Source: Candidatus Limnocylindrales bacterium
Lineage (GTDB): Bacteria > Chloroflexota > Limnocylindria > Limnocylindrales > CSP1-4
Reading direction: 5' to 3'
Length of the DNA stretch: 64,000 nt
Assembly (NCBI GenBank): GCA_036558545.1
Contig: DATBFJ010000029.1
Location: forward strand, 6,221-70,220
The position numbers were made by a program, and so were the translations under genes. The notes under the pieces are model-generated. The model searched no databases and was not told where the DNA came from. It saw only the letters and a program-made list of their open reading frames with translations. Shown piece by piece: positions 53,794-64,000 of this stretch (positions are counted from its first letter, which is position 1; every line of letters starts with the position of its first letter).

Positions 53794-54549
53794 TTGCCGG
53801 CCATGGGGGTCATCGTCCCGTCCCGGCGTCTTGAGCTCCGGCTCTCCCGTGAGCACGGCTATCGGGTGATCCTTGGCCTCGACGAAGTCGGCGTGGCGCC
53901 GTCATCCGGCCCGGTCGTCGCATGTGCGCTGGCCATGCCACTCGACAAAAAACCGATTCCGGGTGTGCGCGATTCGAAGACGCTTTCCGCTCTGCAACGT
54001 GAGCGGCTGGCGAAGAAGATCTTGCGCCGAGCCACGACCGTTGGCCTGGGCGCTGCCTCTGTGCGCGAGATTGATCAACTGAACATCTATTACGCCACGG
54101 TCCTCGCGATGAAGCGCGCCGTCACGCGCGCCGGTGCCCACGACTACGTGATCGTCGACGGTCGGCATATCCGCGGCTTCGAGGAACACGCGGGGCCGTA
54201 CCGAGCGGTGATCGACGGCGACGCCCTGTGCTACGCGATTTCGTGTGCGTCGATCGTTGCCAAAGTCACCCGCGATCGACTCATGGCCAAGCTCGCCTTG
54301 CGCTATCCGGGCTACGGGTGGGAGCACAACGCTGGCTACGCCACGCCCGACCACCGCGCCGGGATGGCAGCGCTGGGCGTGACCCCACACCACCGTCGCT
54401 CCTTCATCACGACCAAGCGCATCCTCCAAGGCGAGCAGACTTCCTTCGACCTGTTCGGCGATTCATTCCCGGACGCGCCAGGCGAGTCCGTGGCGATCCC
54501 GATCGATGTCGGCTCGGACGCTTTGCTCGAGAGGTCCGTCCCGGCCTAG
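53794..54549 (+). CDS. rnhB: Ribonuclease HII
   Basis: GLDEVG active-site motif, DSKTLS, and SIVAKVTRD motifs. Confidence 0.9.
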   Translation: MPAMGVIVPSRRLELRLSREHGYRVILGLDEVGVAPSSGPVVACALAMPLDKKPIPGVRDSKTLSALQRERLAKKILRRATTVGLGAASVREIDQLNIYYATVLAMKRAVTRAGAHDYVIVDGRHIRGFEEHAGPYRAVIDGDALCYAISCASIVAKVTRDRLMAKLALRYPGYGWEHNAGYATPDHRAGMAALGVTPHHRRSFITTKRILQGEQTSFDLFGDSFPDAPGESVAIPIDVGSDALLERSVPA

Positions 54550-54579
54550 GGCGATAGCCCCGGAATAAGTCAGCGCTAA

Positions 54580-54993
54580 GTGGCCCTGACTAACGTTGGC
54601 GGGATGCGGACGGTTCGCCAGCGACGCGGCGAGTTCGCGGAGGAGATTGCCTGCGAGTGGCTACGCCGGCAGGGTTGGCAGGTGCTCGGGCGTAACGTCA
54701 GGGTCGAACCGCACGACGAGATCGACCTGGTCGCCATCGATCCAGCCGCGCCTGGAGTAGCCGTTTGCGTCGAGGTCCGCTCCGCTCGCAGCCGTGAATT
54801 TGGCTCGCCCGAGGAGCGAGTCAGCGCGAGAAAGATCGGCAGTTTGTATCGGGCTGCGCAGGCGTTCAGTCGGTCCGAGCGGGCATCGCAGCTGGGGGTC
54901 GGTCGCCTGAAGGTCCGTGTCGATCTACTCGTCGTGGATCTTCGAGGCACGACCCCCCGGATTCGTCATCTGAAGGCGCTTGAGCCTGCGTAG
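54580..54993 (+). CDS. yraN: YraN family (UPF0102) endonuclease-like protein
   Basis: GEFAEEIACEWLRRQGWQVLGRNVR..EIDLVA pattern. Follows rnhB as in many genomes. Confidence 0.85.
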   Translation: MALTNVGGMRTVRQRRGEFAEEIACEWLRRQGWQVLGRNVRVEPHDEIDLVAIDPAAPGVAVCVEVRSARSREFGSPEERVSARKIGSLYRAAQAFSRSERASQLGVGRLKVRVDLLVVDLRGTTPRIRHLKALEPA

Positions 54994-55345
54994 GCACACG
55001 GGCGATGGGCCAGGCGAATGAACTTTGGCCAAACGGTGCGTTCGCGACCGATTTTGATCTATTCGATGCTCGGGCGGCATGAAGCCTGACCAAAACCGTT
55101 ACTCGATGGCCCGGATCGAGCCGGATGATTGAAGCTCATTCGTGCCGGGAATAACCGTGCAAAGCGGGAAATTCGGCCGCTCGTTGTAAACTGCCGCAGG
55201 CCGCGAAGACGGCTAGCCGCCAAACAGGCGGACATCACACACGCGTGCTGCTCCCCGCGAGGTGCCTCGAACGGCTACCAGGCCACGAGGTTGCGGACCA
55301 AGGACACACGCGGAGGTAGAACCGAACCAGGAGGTCTCCGTTCCC

Positions 55346-56311
55346 ATGCCCACCGTGTCCATGCGCCAGCTGCTGGAAGCCGGCATCCACTTCGGCCATC
55401 AGACGCGCCGCTGGAATCCCAAGATGCGCCGCTACATCTTTGCCGAGCGCAACGGGATCCACATAATCGACCTGGCCCAGACGGTCAAGGGCCTCGACGC
55501 AGCACTCGAGTTCGTAAGCGAAACGGTTGCCCGTGGCGATTCGGTGCTGTTCGTTGGCACCAAGAAGCAGGCCCAGGAGCCCATCGCCGAGGAGGCGACC
55601 CGGGCGGAAATGCCGTACGTCAACCAGCGTTGGCTGGGCGGCATGCTGACCAACTTCGTCACCATCCGAAAGCGACTCGGCCTTCTGGATCAGCTCGAGG
55701 CGCGCCACGACAACGGCGAGTTCGAGCGCCTGTCCAAGAAGGAGGCGGGCAAGCTGACCGACGAGATGGTCAAGCTCCAGCGCACGCTCGGTGGCATCCG
55801 CAAGATGCGCCGCCTGCCGGGCGCGATGTTCGTCATCGACCCGCAGCGCGAGCACATCGCGGTGGTCGAGGCGCGCAAGCTCGAGATCCCGGTCATCGGC
55901 ACGGGCGACACGAACGTCGATCCGGACATGCTCGACTATGTCATCCCGGCCAACGACGACGCCATTCGCGCCATCCGTCTGCTGTGCCAGCTCGTTGCCG
56001 ACGCGGCACTCGAGGGCGCCCAGGAGCGCGCCGCGCGACCGGCCGACGAGCCGATGGCCGCCGCCGTTGAGGAGCAGGAAGAGGCGAGCGACGAGATGGT
56101 CGCCGCGCTCGCTGCGGGTGGCACGTTCAGCTTCGAGCCGGAGCCGGACGAGGATGAGCTGCTGCCGGTGGAATCCGGAGCGGACAGCGAAGAGGCGGAC
56201 GTCGAGGAATCGGCTCCGACCCCGCACGCGCGACCCGCAACGGCCCGTCCGGCAACTGCCCGCCGCACGGCGCCGGCGAAGAAGGACGACGAGGAAGAGT
56301 CGGCCGACTGA
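55346..56311 (+). CDS. rpsB: 30S ribosomal protein S2 with ~90-aa acidic C-terminal extension
   Basis: [24 protein letters not shown] start with AGGAGG SD. The 55262 ORF start is an upstream extension. Confidence 0.93.
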   Translation: MPTVSMRQLLEAGIHFGHQTRRWNPKMRRYIFAERNGIHIIDLAQTVKGLDAALEFVSETVARGDSVLFVGTKKQAQEPIAEEATRAEMPYVNQRWLGGMLTNFVTIRKRLGLLDQLEARHDNGEFERLSKKEAGKLTDEMVKLQRTLGGIRKMRRLPGAMFVIDPQREHIAVVEARKLEIPVIGTGDTNVDPDMLDYVIPANDDAIRAIRLLCQLVADAALEGAQERAARPADEPMAAAVEEQEEASDEMVAALAAGGTFSFEPEPDEDELLPVESGADSEEADVEESAPTPHARPATARPATARRTAPAKKDDEEESAD

Positions 56312-56388
56312 AGCTGGTCAGCCTGCATCACGAAGAAGGAAACGCGATCGCATCGAGATGATCGCATGCACAAGAGCGAAGGAATTCA

Positions 56389-56988
56389 ATGGCTGAGATC
56401 ACTGCCGAGAAGGTAAAGAACCTGCGCGAGCGAACTGGCGCGGGCATGATGGACTGCAAGAAGGCACTCCAGGAGACGGACGGCGACGAGGACAAGGCCA
56501 TCGTCTGGCTGCGCGAGAAGGGCATCGCTTCCGCGGCCAAGAAGGCCGGTCGCGAGGCGCGCGAGGGCCTGATTCACAGCTACATCCACGCTGGCGGCCG
56601 ACTCGGCGTGCTCATCGAGGTCAACAGCGAGACGGACTTCGTCGCACGCAACGAGGAGTTTCAGAAGCTCGTTCAGCTGCTCGCCATGCAGGTCGCCGGC
56701 CTTGCGCCGGAGTACGTGACGGTCGACTCGATCCCGGCCGAAGTCCTTGAGGCAAAACGCGCCGCCCTGCTGGCCGACGAGGCAACGATGAAGAAGCCCG
56801 AGAACGTCCGAGCTCAGATCGTCGAGGGCCAGCTGCGCAAGTGGTATCAGTCGGTCGTTCTCTACGAGCAGCCGTTCCGCGACACGGACCAGTCTGTGGG
56901 TGATCTGATCACCGACGCGGTGGCTCGGATCGGTGAGAACATTCGCGTACGCCGGTTCACCCGCTATCAGCTCGGGGAGGAGATTTGA
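56389..56988 (+). CDS. tsf: Elongation factor Ts (short form)
   Basis: [27 protein letters not shown]-like N-terminus. 199 aa. Confidence 0.93.
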   Translation: MAEITAEKVKNLRERTGAGMMDCKKALQETDGDEDKAIVWLREKGIASAAKKAGREAREGLIHSYIHAGGRLGVLIEVNSETDFVARNEEFQKLVQLLAMQVAGLAPEYVTVDSIPAEVLEAKRAALLADEATMKKPENVRAQIVEGQLRKWYQSVVLYEQPFRDTDQSVGDLITDAVARIGENIRVRRFTRYQLGEEI

Positions 56989-57779
56989 GCGAGGCCATCG
57001 CTCAGCACCTGGACGTCGCTGCCGTGCCAATCGTGCCCGGCAGTGGCGAGGACGTGCGCTATCGCCGCATCCTGCTGAAGATCAGCGGCGAGGCGCTGAT
57101 GGGTCGCCGCTCGTACGGCGTCGATCCTGAGATGACCGTGTTCATCGCTCGACAGGTTCGCGAAGTGCATGGCCTTGGTGTCGAGGTCGCGATAGTCGTC
57201 GGCGGCGGCAATATCTTCCGTGGCATGGCCGCGGCGGCGACGGGCATGGACCGTGCCACGGCCGACTACATCGGCATGCTGGCAACGGTCATGAACGGGC
57301 TGGCCCTGCAGGACGCGCTGGAGCGCGAGAGCATCCAGACGCGCGTCATGTCGGCGATCGCGATGAGCGAAGTGGCAGAGCCGTACATCCGCCGCCGTGC
57401 GGTACGGCATCTCGAAAAGGGCCGGGTCATCATCCTCGCCGCGGGAACCGGGAACCCGTACTTCACGACCGACACGGCGGCGGCGCTGCGGGCCGTCGAG
57501 ATCCACGCCGAGGTACTGCTCAAGGCGACCAAGGTCGACGGGGTCTACGACAGCGATCCGATGACCAATCCGGACGCCCAGCGCCACGAGCGGCTTGACT
57601 ACTCTCAGATGATCAACGATCGGCTCGAGGTGATCGACGCGACGGCCGTGACCCTGTGCATGGAGAACAACATGCCCATCGTCGTGTTCGATCTCAACCA
57701 GCCCGGGCACATCCGGGCGGCGGCCCTCGGCGAGCGTATCGGAACGCTCATCGATGGGGGAGACGGAGACAAACAATGA
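56985..57779 (+). CDS. pyrH: UMP kinase
   Basis: [23 protein letters not shown] and [11 protein letters not shown] motifs. The N-terminal start (TTG 56985) is uncertain. Confidence 0.92.
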   Translation: MSEAIAQHLDVAAVPIVPGSGEDVRYRRILLKISGEALMGRRSYGVDPEMTVFIARQVREVHGLGVEVAIVVGGGNIFRGMAAAATGMDRATADYIGMLATVMNGLALQDALERESIQTRVMSAIAMSEVAEPYIRRRAVRHLEKGRVIILAAGTGNPYFTTDTAAALRAVEIHAEVLLKATKVDGVYDSDPMTNPDAQRHERLDYSQMINDRLEVIDATAVTLCMENNMPIVVFDLNQPGHIRAAALGERIGTLIDGGDGDKQ

Positions 57780-58336
57780 CTGACGACATCCGGCGCGATG
57801 CCGAGAGCCGTATGAGTCGCGCTCTGGAGGCACTCGAGCGTGATCTTGCGGCGATCCGCACCGGCAGGGCGGCGACCGCGCTCGTGGAGCGCATCCCGGT
57901 TGAGTACTACGGCACGTCGACGCCGCTCAATCAGCTTGCCTCGATCAGCGTGCCAGAGGCGCATTCCATCGTGATCCAGCCCTGGGATCGCAGCGCGCTG
58001 GGCGCGATCGAGAAGGCTATTCAGAAGAGCGAAGTCGGGCTCGTGCCCAACGTCGACGGCACGGCGGTGCGCCTGAACATCCCGCCGCTCACCGAAGAGC
58101 GTCGCAAGGATTTGGTCAAACTCGTCCACAAGCGCATGGAAGAGGCGCGCGTTGAGATCCGCAACCACCGACGCGACGTCGGCGACGAGATCAAGAAGGC
58201 CGAAAAGGGCGGAGATGTGACTTCGGATGAGAGCCGGCGCGAGCAGGACCTGCTTCAGAAAGTGACCGACCGCTGGACCGCCGAGGTCGACCGCGTGGGC
58301 AAGCACAAAGAGCAGGAGATCATGGAGGTCGGATGA
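57776..58336 (+). CDS. frr: Ribosome recycling factor
   Basis: 186 aa from ATG 57776 (ATGA overlap with pyrH), with LAAIRTGRA and [15 protein letters not shown] motifs. Confidence 0.93.
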   Translation: MTDDIRRDAESRMSRALEALERDLAAIRTGRAATALVERIPVEYYGTSTPLNQLASISVPEAHSIVIQPWDRSALGAIEKAIQKSEVGLVPNVDGTAVRLNIPPLTEERRKDLVKLVHKRMEEARVEIRNHRRDVGDEIKKAEKGGDVTSDESRREQDLLQKVTDRWTAEVDRVGKHKEQEIMEVG

Positions 58337-59094
58337 CCTCAGTCGAGGTGAACAGACCGGCCGACAAGTTGGGGGCGGCCGACCCACGACCTGCGGAAGA
58401 TACGGCCGCTGATCCACTGCCACGTCACATCGCGATCGTCATGGACGGCAATCGTCGCTGGGCAAAGCTCCACGGCATGTCGGAGGTCGAGGGCCACGCG
58501 GCCGGAGTCGACGCGATCCGACCAATCGTCGAGCACGCGGCCGATCGCGGCATCGAAGCACTGTCTATCTATGCCTTCTCACGCGAGAACTGGTCGCGCA
58601 GCGACGAAGAGGTCGAGGGTCTCTTCGGACTGCTTGAGGCGGCGATTCGACGCGAGACGCCGGACCTTGTCCAGCAGGGCGTGCGGGTCCAGATCCTGGG
58701 TCGGCTGCACGAGCTTCCCGAAACAACGCGGGCATCGATTGCGCAGGCAATCGCGGCAACCGCCGGCGGCCGTCGCCTCACCCTGAACGTGGCCTTTAAC
58801 TACTCGGGGCGCTCGGAGATAGTCGACGCTGTTCAACGAGCCATGGCCGACGGGCTCGCGACATCCGAGATCACAGAGGAGGTCATTGGCGAGCGTCTCT
58901 ACACGGCCGACGTTCCGCCGCTCGATCTGTTGATCCGAACCGGCGGCGAACAAAGGATCTCCAATTTCCTGATCTGGCAGGCCGCCTACGCCGAGCTCTA
59001 CTTCACTGACCTTCTCTGGCCAGACTTCGAGCCCGCGACCCTGGATGCCGCACTTACCGAGTACGCCCGTCGCACCCGTCGCTTCGGCCGCTGA
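58333..59094 (+). CDS. uppS: Isoprenyl transferase (undecaprenyl diphosphate synthase)
   Basis: HIAIVMDGNRRWA, FSRENWSR and RTGGEQRISNFLIWQ motifs. Confidence 0.93.
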   Translation: MTSVEVNRPADKLGAADPRPAEDTAADPLPRHIAIVMDGNRRWAKLHGMSEVEGHAAGVDAIRPIVEHAADRGIEALSIYAFSRENWSRSDEEVEGLFGLLEAAIRRETPDLVQQGVRVQILGRLHELPETTRASIAQAIAATAGGRRLTLNVAFNYSGRSEIVDAVQRAMADGLATSEITEEVIGERLYTADVPPLDLLIRTGGEQRISNFLIWQAAYAELYFTDLLWPDFEPATLDAALTEYARRTRRFGR

Positions 59095-59102
59095 CCCAGC
59101 CT

Positions 59103-59123
59103 TTGATCGGCGTGACCGATCAA
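59103..59123 (+). other. Perfect 8-bp palindromic hairpin just after the uppS stop
   Basis: TTGATCGG-cgtga-CCGATCAA. No T-tract, so it may be a weak terminator or a protein-binding palindrome. Confidence 0.3.
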
Positions 59124-59309
59124 CAGTCGCTCATCCGCGCTGAGAAACGCCAGAGATCGCTCGATGTCGCAATTTCGATCGTCCACGACGATCATTGGTA
59201 GCCGGGAGTCAAAGATTCCTATCGCTCCGCGCCAACACGGGCATTTCCTTCTCGGCTCGTGCGACGGGATATGGGTGTGACCGATCTCGTCCCCCGTTAG
59301 GCTCTTGAA

Positions 59310-60170
59310 ATGCGACAGCGCGTGATCAGCGCGGCCGTGCTCGTGCCGGTCGTCGTCATCGTGTTCCTGGTCGGCGACCCTTGGTTGACGCTGGCAATTG
59401 CACTTCTGGCCGGCGTAGCGGCCTGGGAAGCATCGCGGTTGATGCGCGCCGCCGGCCTGGCCGCAGATACGGCGTTCACCGTGACCGTGGCGGCTCTGCT
59501 GGTCCTGGGGGCGCGCGACGTGCTCAACTTTTCCATCGGATCCGCCGCGTCCGCGGTCAGTGCGCTCCTGGCAGTCGTCGTCGTGGCCGGAATGCTGGCG
59601 CTGCGCCACCGGGACACCACCACCGGCTTCAAGTCGTGGGCGGGCAACCTGCTCGGCGCGCTGTACCCGGGGCTCCTCGCGGCACTCACGGGCATCCTGC
59701 TCGTTGCCCCAGCCGTGCCCGACGGCCGTCCTTTGGCTGGCGCGCTCGACGCGGGCCGCATCTGGCTGTTGATCCTGGTGTTGACCGTCTGGTCGTACGA
59801 CACGCTCGCTTACGTGGCCGGCAGGTTCCACGGCCGCGGACGCTTCATGAACCACATCTCGCCGAACAAGACATGGAGCGGCGTGGTCGGTGGTACCGCG
59901 GCCGCTGTGCTGGTGTCCACGCTGCTCGTGTGGGCCGCCGGCCAGGAGCCGCTTGCCGGCTTTGTCCTTGGCCTCGCGGTTGCCGTCACCGCCCAAGCCG
60001 GCGACCTGGCCGAATCAGTCCTCAAACGTGCCGCCGGAGCGAAGGATTCGAGCAACCTGATACCGGGACATGGTGGGGTCCTTGACCGCGTCGACTCGTT
60101 CCTGTTCGCCGGACCGGCGATGTTCCTTGCGCTTGCCTGGGCGCAGTACTTTGTGGGGCGCCAGATATGA
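59310..60170 (+). CDS. cdsA: Phosphatidate cytidylyltransferase
   Basis: Polytopic protein with C-terminal SVLKRAAGAKDSSNLIPGHGGVLDRVDS signature. Confidence 0.92.
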   Translation: MRQRVISAAVLVPVVVIVFLVGDPWLTLAIALLAGVAAWEASRLMRAAGLAADTAFTVTVAALLVLGARDVLNFSIGSAASAVSALLAVVVVAGMLALRHRDTTTGFKSWAGNLLGALYPGLLAALTGILLVAPAVPDGRPLAGALDAGRIWLLILVLTVWSYDTLAYVAGRFHGRGRFMNHISPNKTWSGVVGGTAAAVLVSTLLVWAAGQEPLAGFVLGLAVAVTAQAGDLAESVLKRAAGAKDSSNLIPGHGGVLDRVDSFLFAGPAMFLALAWAQYFVGRQI

Positions 60171-61330
60171 CCGAACGAGCGCGTGTCGCGATACTTGGTA
60201 GCACCGGTTCGATCGGCCGCCAGACGCTCGACGTCCTCGACCAGCTCCCCGATCGCTTCGAGGTCGTCGCCCTCGCCGCGGGCAAGGACGAGTCAACGTT
60301 CACCGACCAAGTCGAGCGCTTCAAGCCGAGAGTTGCAGCTCTTGCCAAGGACGGTCAGGGCGCACTCGAGGACATTGCCCGTCGCGACGATGTCGACATC
60401 CTCGTCGTCGCAACGACCGGAGTCGTCAGCCTCAGGGCAACCCTGGCCGCGCTCCAACAGGGCAAGATCGTGGCAACGGCCAACAAGGAGACGCTGGTCG
60501 CGGGTGGCCACCTCGTGATGCCCATGGCACGCCGTCTGGCGGCGAGCGACGACGACAACGACCTTGCCACCGGCGCGCTCCGCTGGCTGAGACCAATTGA
60601 CAGCGAGCACTCAGCAATCTGGCAGTGCCTTGCCGGTGAACGCCGCGACGATATCCGCCGTTTGATCATCACCGCGAGCGGCGGTCCATTCCGAACGTGG
60701 CCGGCCGACCGCTTGAAGTCGGTGACTCCCGACCAGGCACTGGCCCACCCGACGTGGCGCATGGGCGGCAAGATCACGGTCGACTCGGCAACACTCATGA
60801 ACAAGGCTCTGGAGGTCATCGAAGCGCGCTGGCTGTACGATTTCAGCGACGATCAGGTTGATGTGGTCGTCCAGCCGCAGAGCGTCGTCCACTCTCTGGT
60901 GGAGTTCGCGGACGGCTCGCTCAAGGCACAGCTCGGTCTTCCTGATATGCGCATTCCAATCCAGTACGCACTTACCTACCCGGAGCATGTCGGCTCGCCG
61001 GCCCCGCGCGTTCCGTTGACTGAGCTGCCACCGATCAGCTTCGAGGCGCCCGATACGACGCGCTTTCCAGCGCTGGAGATCGGGCGCGCCGCCGGCCGAA
61101 AGGGTCCGAGGGCCAGTGCCGTTTTGATTGCCGCCGACGACGTGGCTGTCGACAGGTTCCTTGGCGGCACGCTTGACTTCCAGGGGATTGCCAATCTCTG
61201 CGCGGACGCTGTCAATAGGTTTGGCGACGGCCCGCCACCGGAACTTGACGAGCTGCTCGAACTCGATGCCGAGGTCCGTGACTGGGCCTCCGCCGCAACT
61301 GTTACCAACGCTGGAGCGTCTGCCAACTGA
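60167..61330 (+). CDS. dxr: 1-deoxy-D-xylulose 5-phosphate reductoisomerase
   Basis: ILGSTGSIG, ANKETLV and DSEHSAIWQC motifs. Confidence 0.93.
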   Translation: MTERARVAILGSTGSIGRQTLDVLDQLPDRFEVVALAAGKDESTFTDQVERFKPRVAALAKDGQGALEDIARRDDVDILVVATTGVVSLRATLAALQQGKIVATANKETLVAGGHLVMPMARRLAASDDDNDLATGALRWLRPIDSEHSAIWQCLAGERRDDIRRLIITASGGPFRTWPADRLKSVTPDQALAHPTWRMGGKITVDSATLMNKALEVIEARWLYDFSDDQVDVVVQPQSVVHSLVEFADGSLKAQLGLPDMRIPIQYALTYPEHVGSPAPRVPLTELPPISFEAPDTTRFPALEIGRAAGRKGPRASAVLIAADDVAVDRFLGGTLDFQGIANLCADAVNRFGDGPPPELDELLELDAEVRDWASAATVTNAGASAN

Positions 61331-62459
61331 TGTTCAACTTCATTGACCTGGGCAATGGCCTGATCAACGTCGCCTTGCTGCTCGTCATCCTCGTCGCGCT
61401 CGTCGTCATCCACGAGTTCGGTCACTTCCTGGTCGCCCGGCGCACGGGCGTGAAGGTTCACGAGTTCGGCATCGGCTTCCCTCCGCGCGCCGCGACCTAC
61501 TACACCGACAAGAAGGGCACAGCCTGGACGCTGAACTGGCTGCCCATCGGCGGCTTCGTGCGCATGGAAGGGGAGGAGGGGGAGTCGGACGACCCGCATT
61601 CGTTCGTCCGGCAGCGGCTGCCAACCCGGCTCGCAATCCTGCTCGCCGGCGTCGGCATGAACATTCTCCTTGCCTTTGTCATCTTCACGGGTATTGCCTG
61701 GCTGGGCGACCCGGTCGCGAACGTCCGCATCGCCCACGTACAGGACAACAGCCCAGCTGCTTCCGTCGGCCTTACCGGGGGCCAACCTACCGGGGCAAGC
61801 GACGCCCAGGGCAACCCCACCTACGACAACACCGGTGACGTCATTACCGCGATCGATGGCAAGCAGTTCCTGCTCTTCGATCATGTCGATCAGGCCACAC
61901 CGTCGCTTGATTACCTGAGGAGCCACGCCGGCCAGCAAGTGATCTTGAGCGTTCAAAGCGCGGACGGTTCGAGCCGCGACGTTCCGGTGACATTGCGCAC
62001 CGATACGAGCCAGGGCGCTCTCGGCGTGATCATCCAGCCGGAGTTGGTACAGGCCACGGCCGCGCACGATCTTCCAACAGCGATCACGCTGGGCTTCCAA
62101 CGAACAGTGGATGCGGCCACGCTGATCCTGCGCGGCCTGGGCGACCTAATCGGGAACATCGCCAACCCGCCAGTTGCGGGACCCGTTGGCATCGTGGGCG
62201 CGATCGGGCAGGTGCGCGCGAACCTGCCGCCGGTCTACCTGATCTGGTTCATCGGCCTGCTGTCAGCAAACCTGGCGATCGTCAACGCTTTGCCGTTCCC
62301 GCCACTCGACGGCGGCCGCGTGGCCGTATCGCTGATCCAGGCGGCAACCGGAAATCGCATCGGCGAGGCCGCCGAGCGACTTGTGTACCTGACCGGCTTC
62401 ATCGCCTTGATGGCGCTCCTCGTTTGGGTGACGTTCAACGACATTCAGCGGTTGACTTG

Positions 62460-62460
<1 letters not shown>
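61330..62460 (+). CDS. rseP: RIP (site-2) metalloprotease RseP/RasP, M50 family
   Basis: [10 protein letters not shown] zinc site, central PDZ-like segment, and [11 protein letters not shown] motif. Confidence 0.92.
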
Positions 62461-63717
<1,257 letters not shown>

Positions 63718-63746
<29 letters not shown>

Positions 63747-64000
63747 GCGCCTCCTCGATCACGCGCTGGCGTTGCCGGAGACGTACATCGATCACCCGTG
63801 GGGCGAGGACGTCGTCAAGGTGCGCAAGAAGGTCGTCGTCTTCTTCGGCATGGCGAACTCCGACGATCCGGGCATGACGGTCAAGCTGCCCGCATCCCAG
63901 GCCCTGGCCTTGGCCCAGCCTGGAGTGACAGTTCCCGGCTACGGCCTCGGCGACTCCGGATGGGTCTCCGTGCGTCTGTCCGACTGCACGATGCCGTACG
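63718..64000 (+). CDS. MmcQ/YjbR-family protein, partial (runs off the window end)
   Basis: The frame reads [44 protein letters not shown]...[13 protein letters not shown], which looks YjbR-like. Not in the ORF track because no stop falls in the window. ATG 63703 is an alternative start. Confidence 0.6.

Noticed and set aside
55129-56227. ORFs 55129-56070 (+) and 55235-56227 (-) overlapping rpsB and its upstream region.
   Set aside because: Their translations are Arg/Pro/Gly-rich and nonsensical. The S2 reading frame, with an AGGAGG SD at 55330-55335 and canonical N-terminus, explains the region.
58998-59225. Minus-strand 65-aa ORF in the uppS-cdsA gap starting MIVVDD..., reminiscent of PIN/VapC N-termini.
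   Set aside because: It is too short for a PIN domain and the rest of the sequence does not resemble VapC. It has no SD and no partner antitoxin ORF, and it overlaps the uppS 3' end by ~100 nt.

Overview
High-GC (roughly 65%) bacterial chromosomal segment made almost entirely of core housekeeping genes. Most lie on the + strand, tightly packed, and many are translationally coupled through ATGA/GTGA/CTAG overlaps. Gene content in order: tatA-tatC; rapZ-yvcK-whiA-tpiA-gpmI-secG; tRNA Leu-Leu-Val; a methyltransferase, an orphan ORF and a lemA-htpX pair; tRNA Phe-Gly-Gln-Cys; an S1 protease and a repeat-bearing lipoprotein; tRNA-Leu; an orphan CpaE/TadZ-like ATPase; rpsF-ssb-rpsR; a CaCA antiporter; ilvE; ileS-lspA-rluD-(kinase-like)-priA; VOC+AraC; def-fmt-(2x S51 peptidase)-rlmN-rpe-dtd; rpmB / asp23-yloV-recG-rsmD-coaD; yceD-rpmF-plsX-nusB-acpP-rnc-smc-ftsY; an antisense MFS transporter; ffh-(660-aa membrane protein)-rpsP-KH-rimM-trmD; antisense DUF385+VOC; rplS-rnhB-yraN; rpsB-tsf-pyrH-frr-uppS-cdsA-dxr-rseP-ispG; and a partial yjbR-like gene. 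About 27 kb follows Bacillus-type gene order in a high-GC background, which suggests a Terrabacteria lineage (Chloroflexota/Actinomycetota-like). I cannot assign taxonomy from sequence alone. I saw no rRNA, CRISPR array, transposase, integrase or phage genes. I did not find a convincing novel multigene system. The signals I consider most worth a second look are: (1) a recurrent TAnACT(CGG) -10-like box at operon heads, with many starts that look leaderless; (2) two tandem S51 peptidase paralogs translationally coupled into the def-fmt-rlmN operon; (3) a coiled-coil protein whose conserved N-terminus is only encoded if translation starts at a non-canonical ATC; (4) an orphan two-repeat ORF upstream of lemA-htpX; (5) an orphan pseudo-receiver CpaE/TadZ-like ATPase next to a 29-aa membrane micro-ORF. 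All functional calls rest on motif recognition by eye in the supplied translations. No database search was run.
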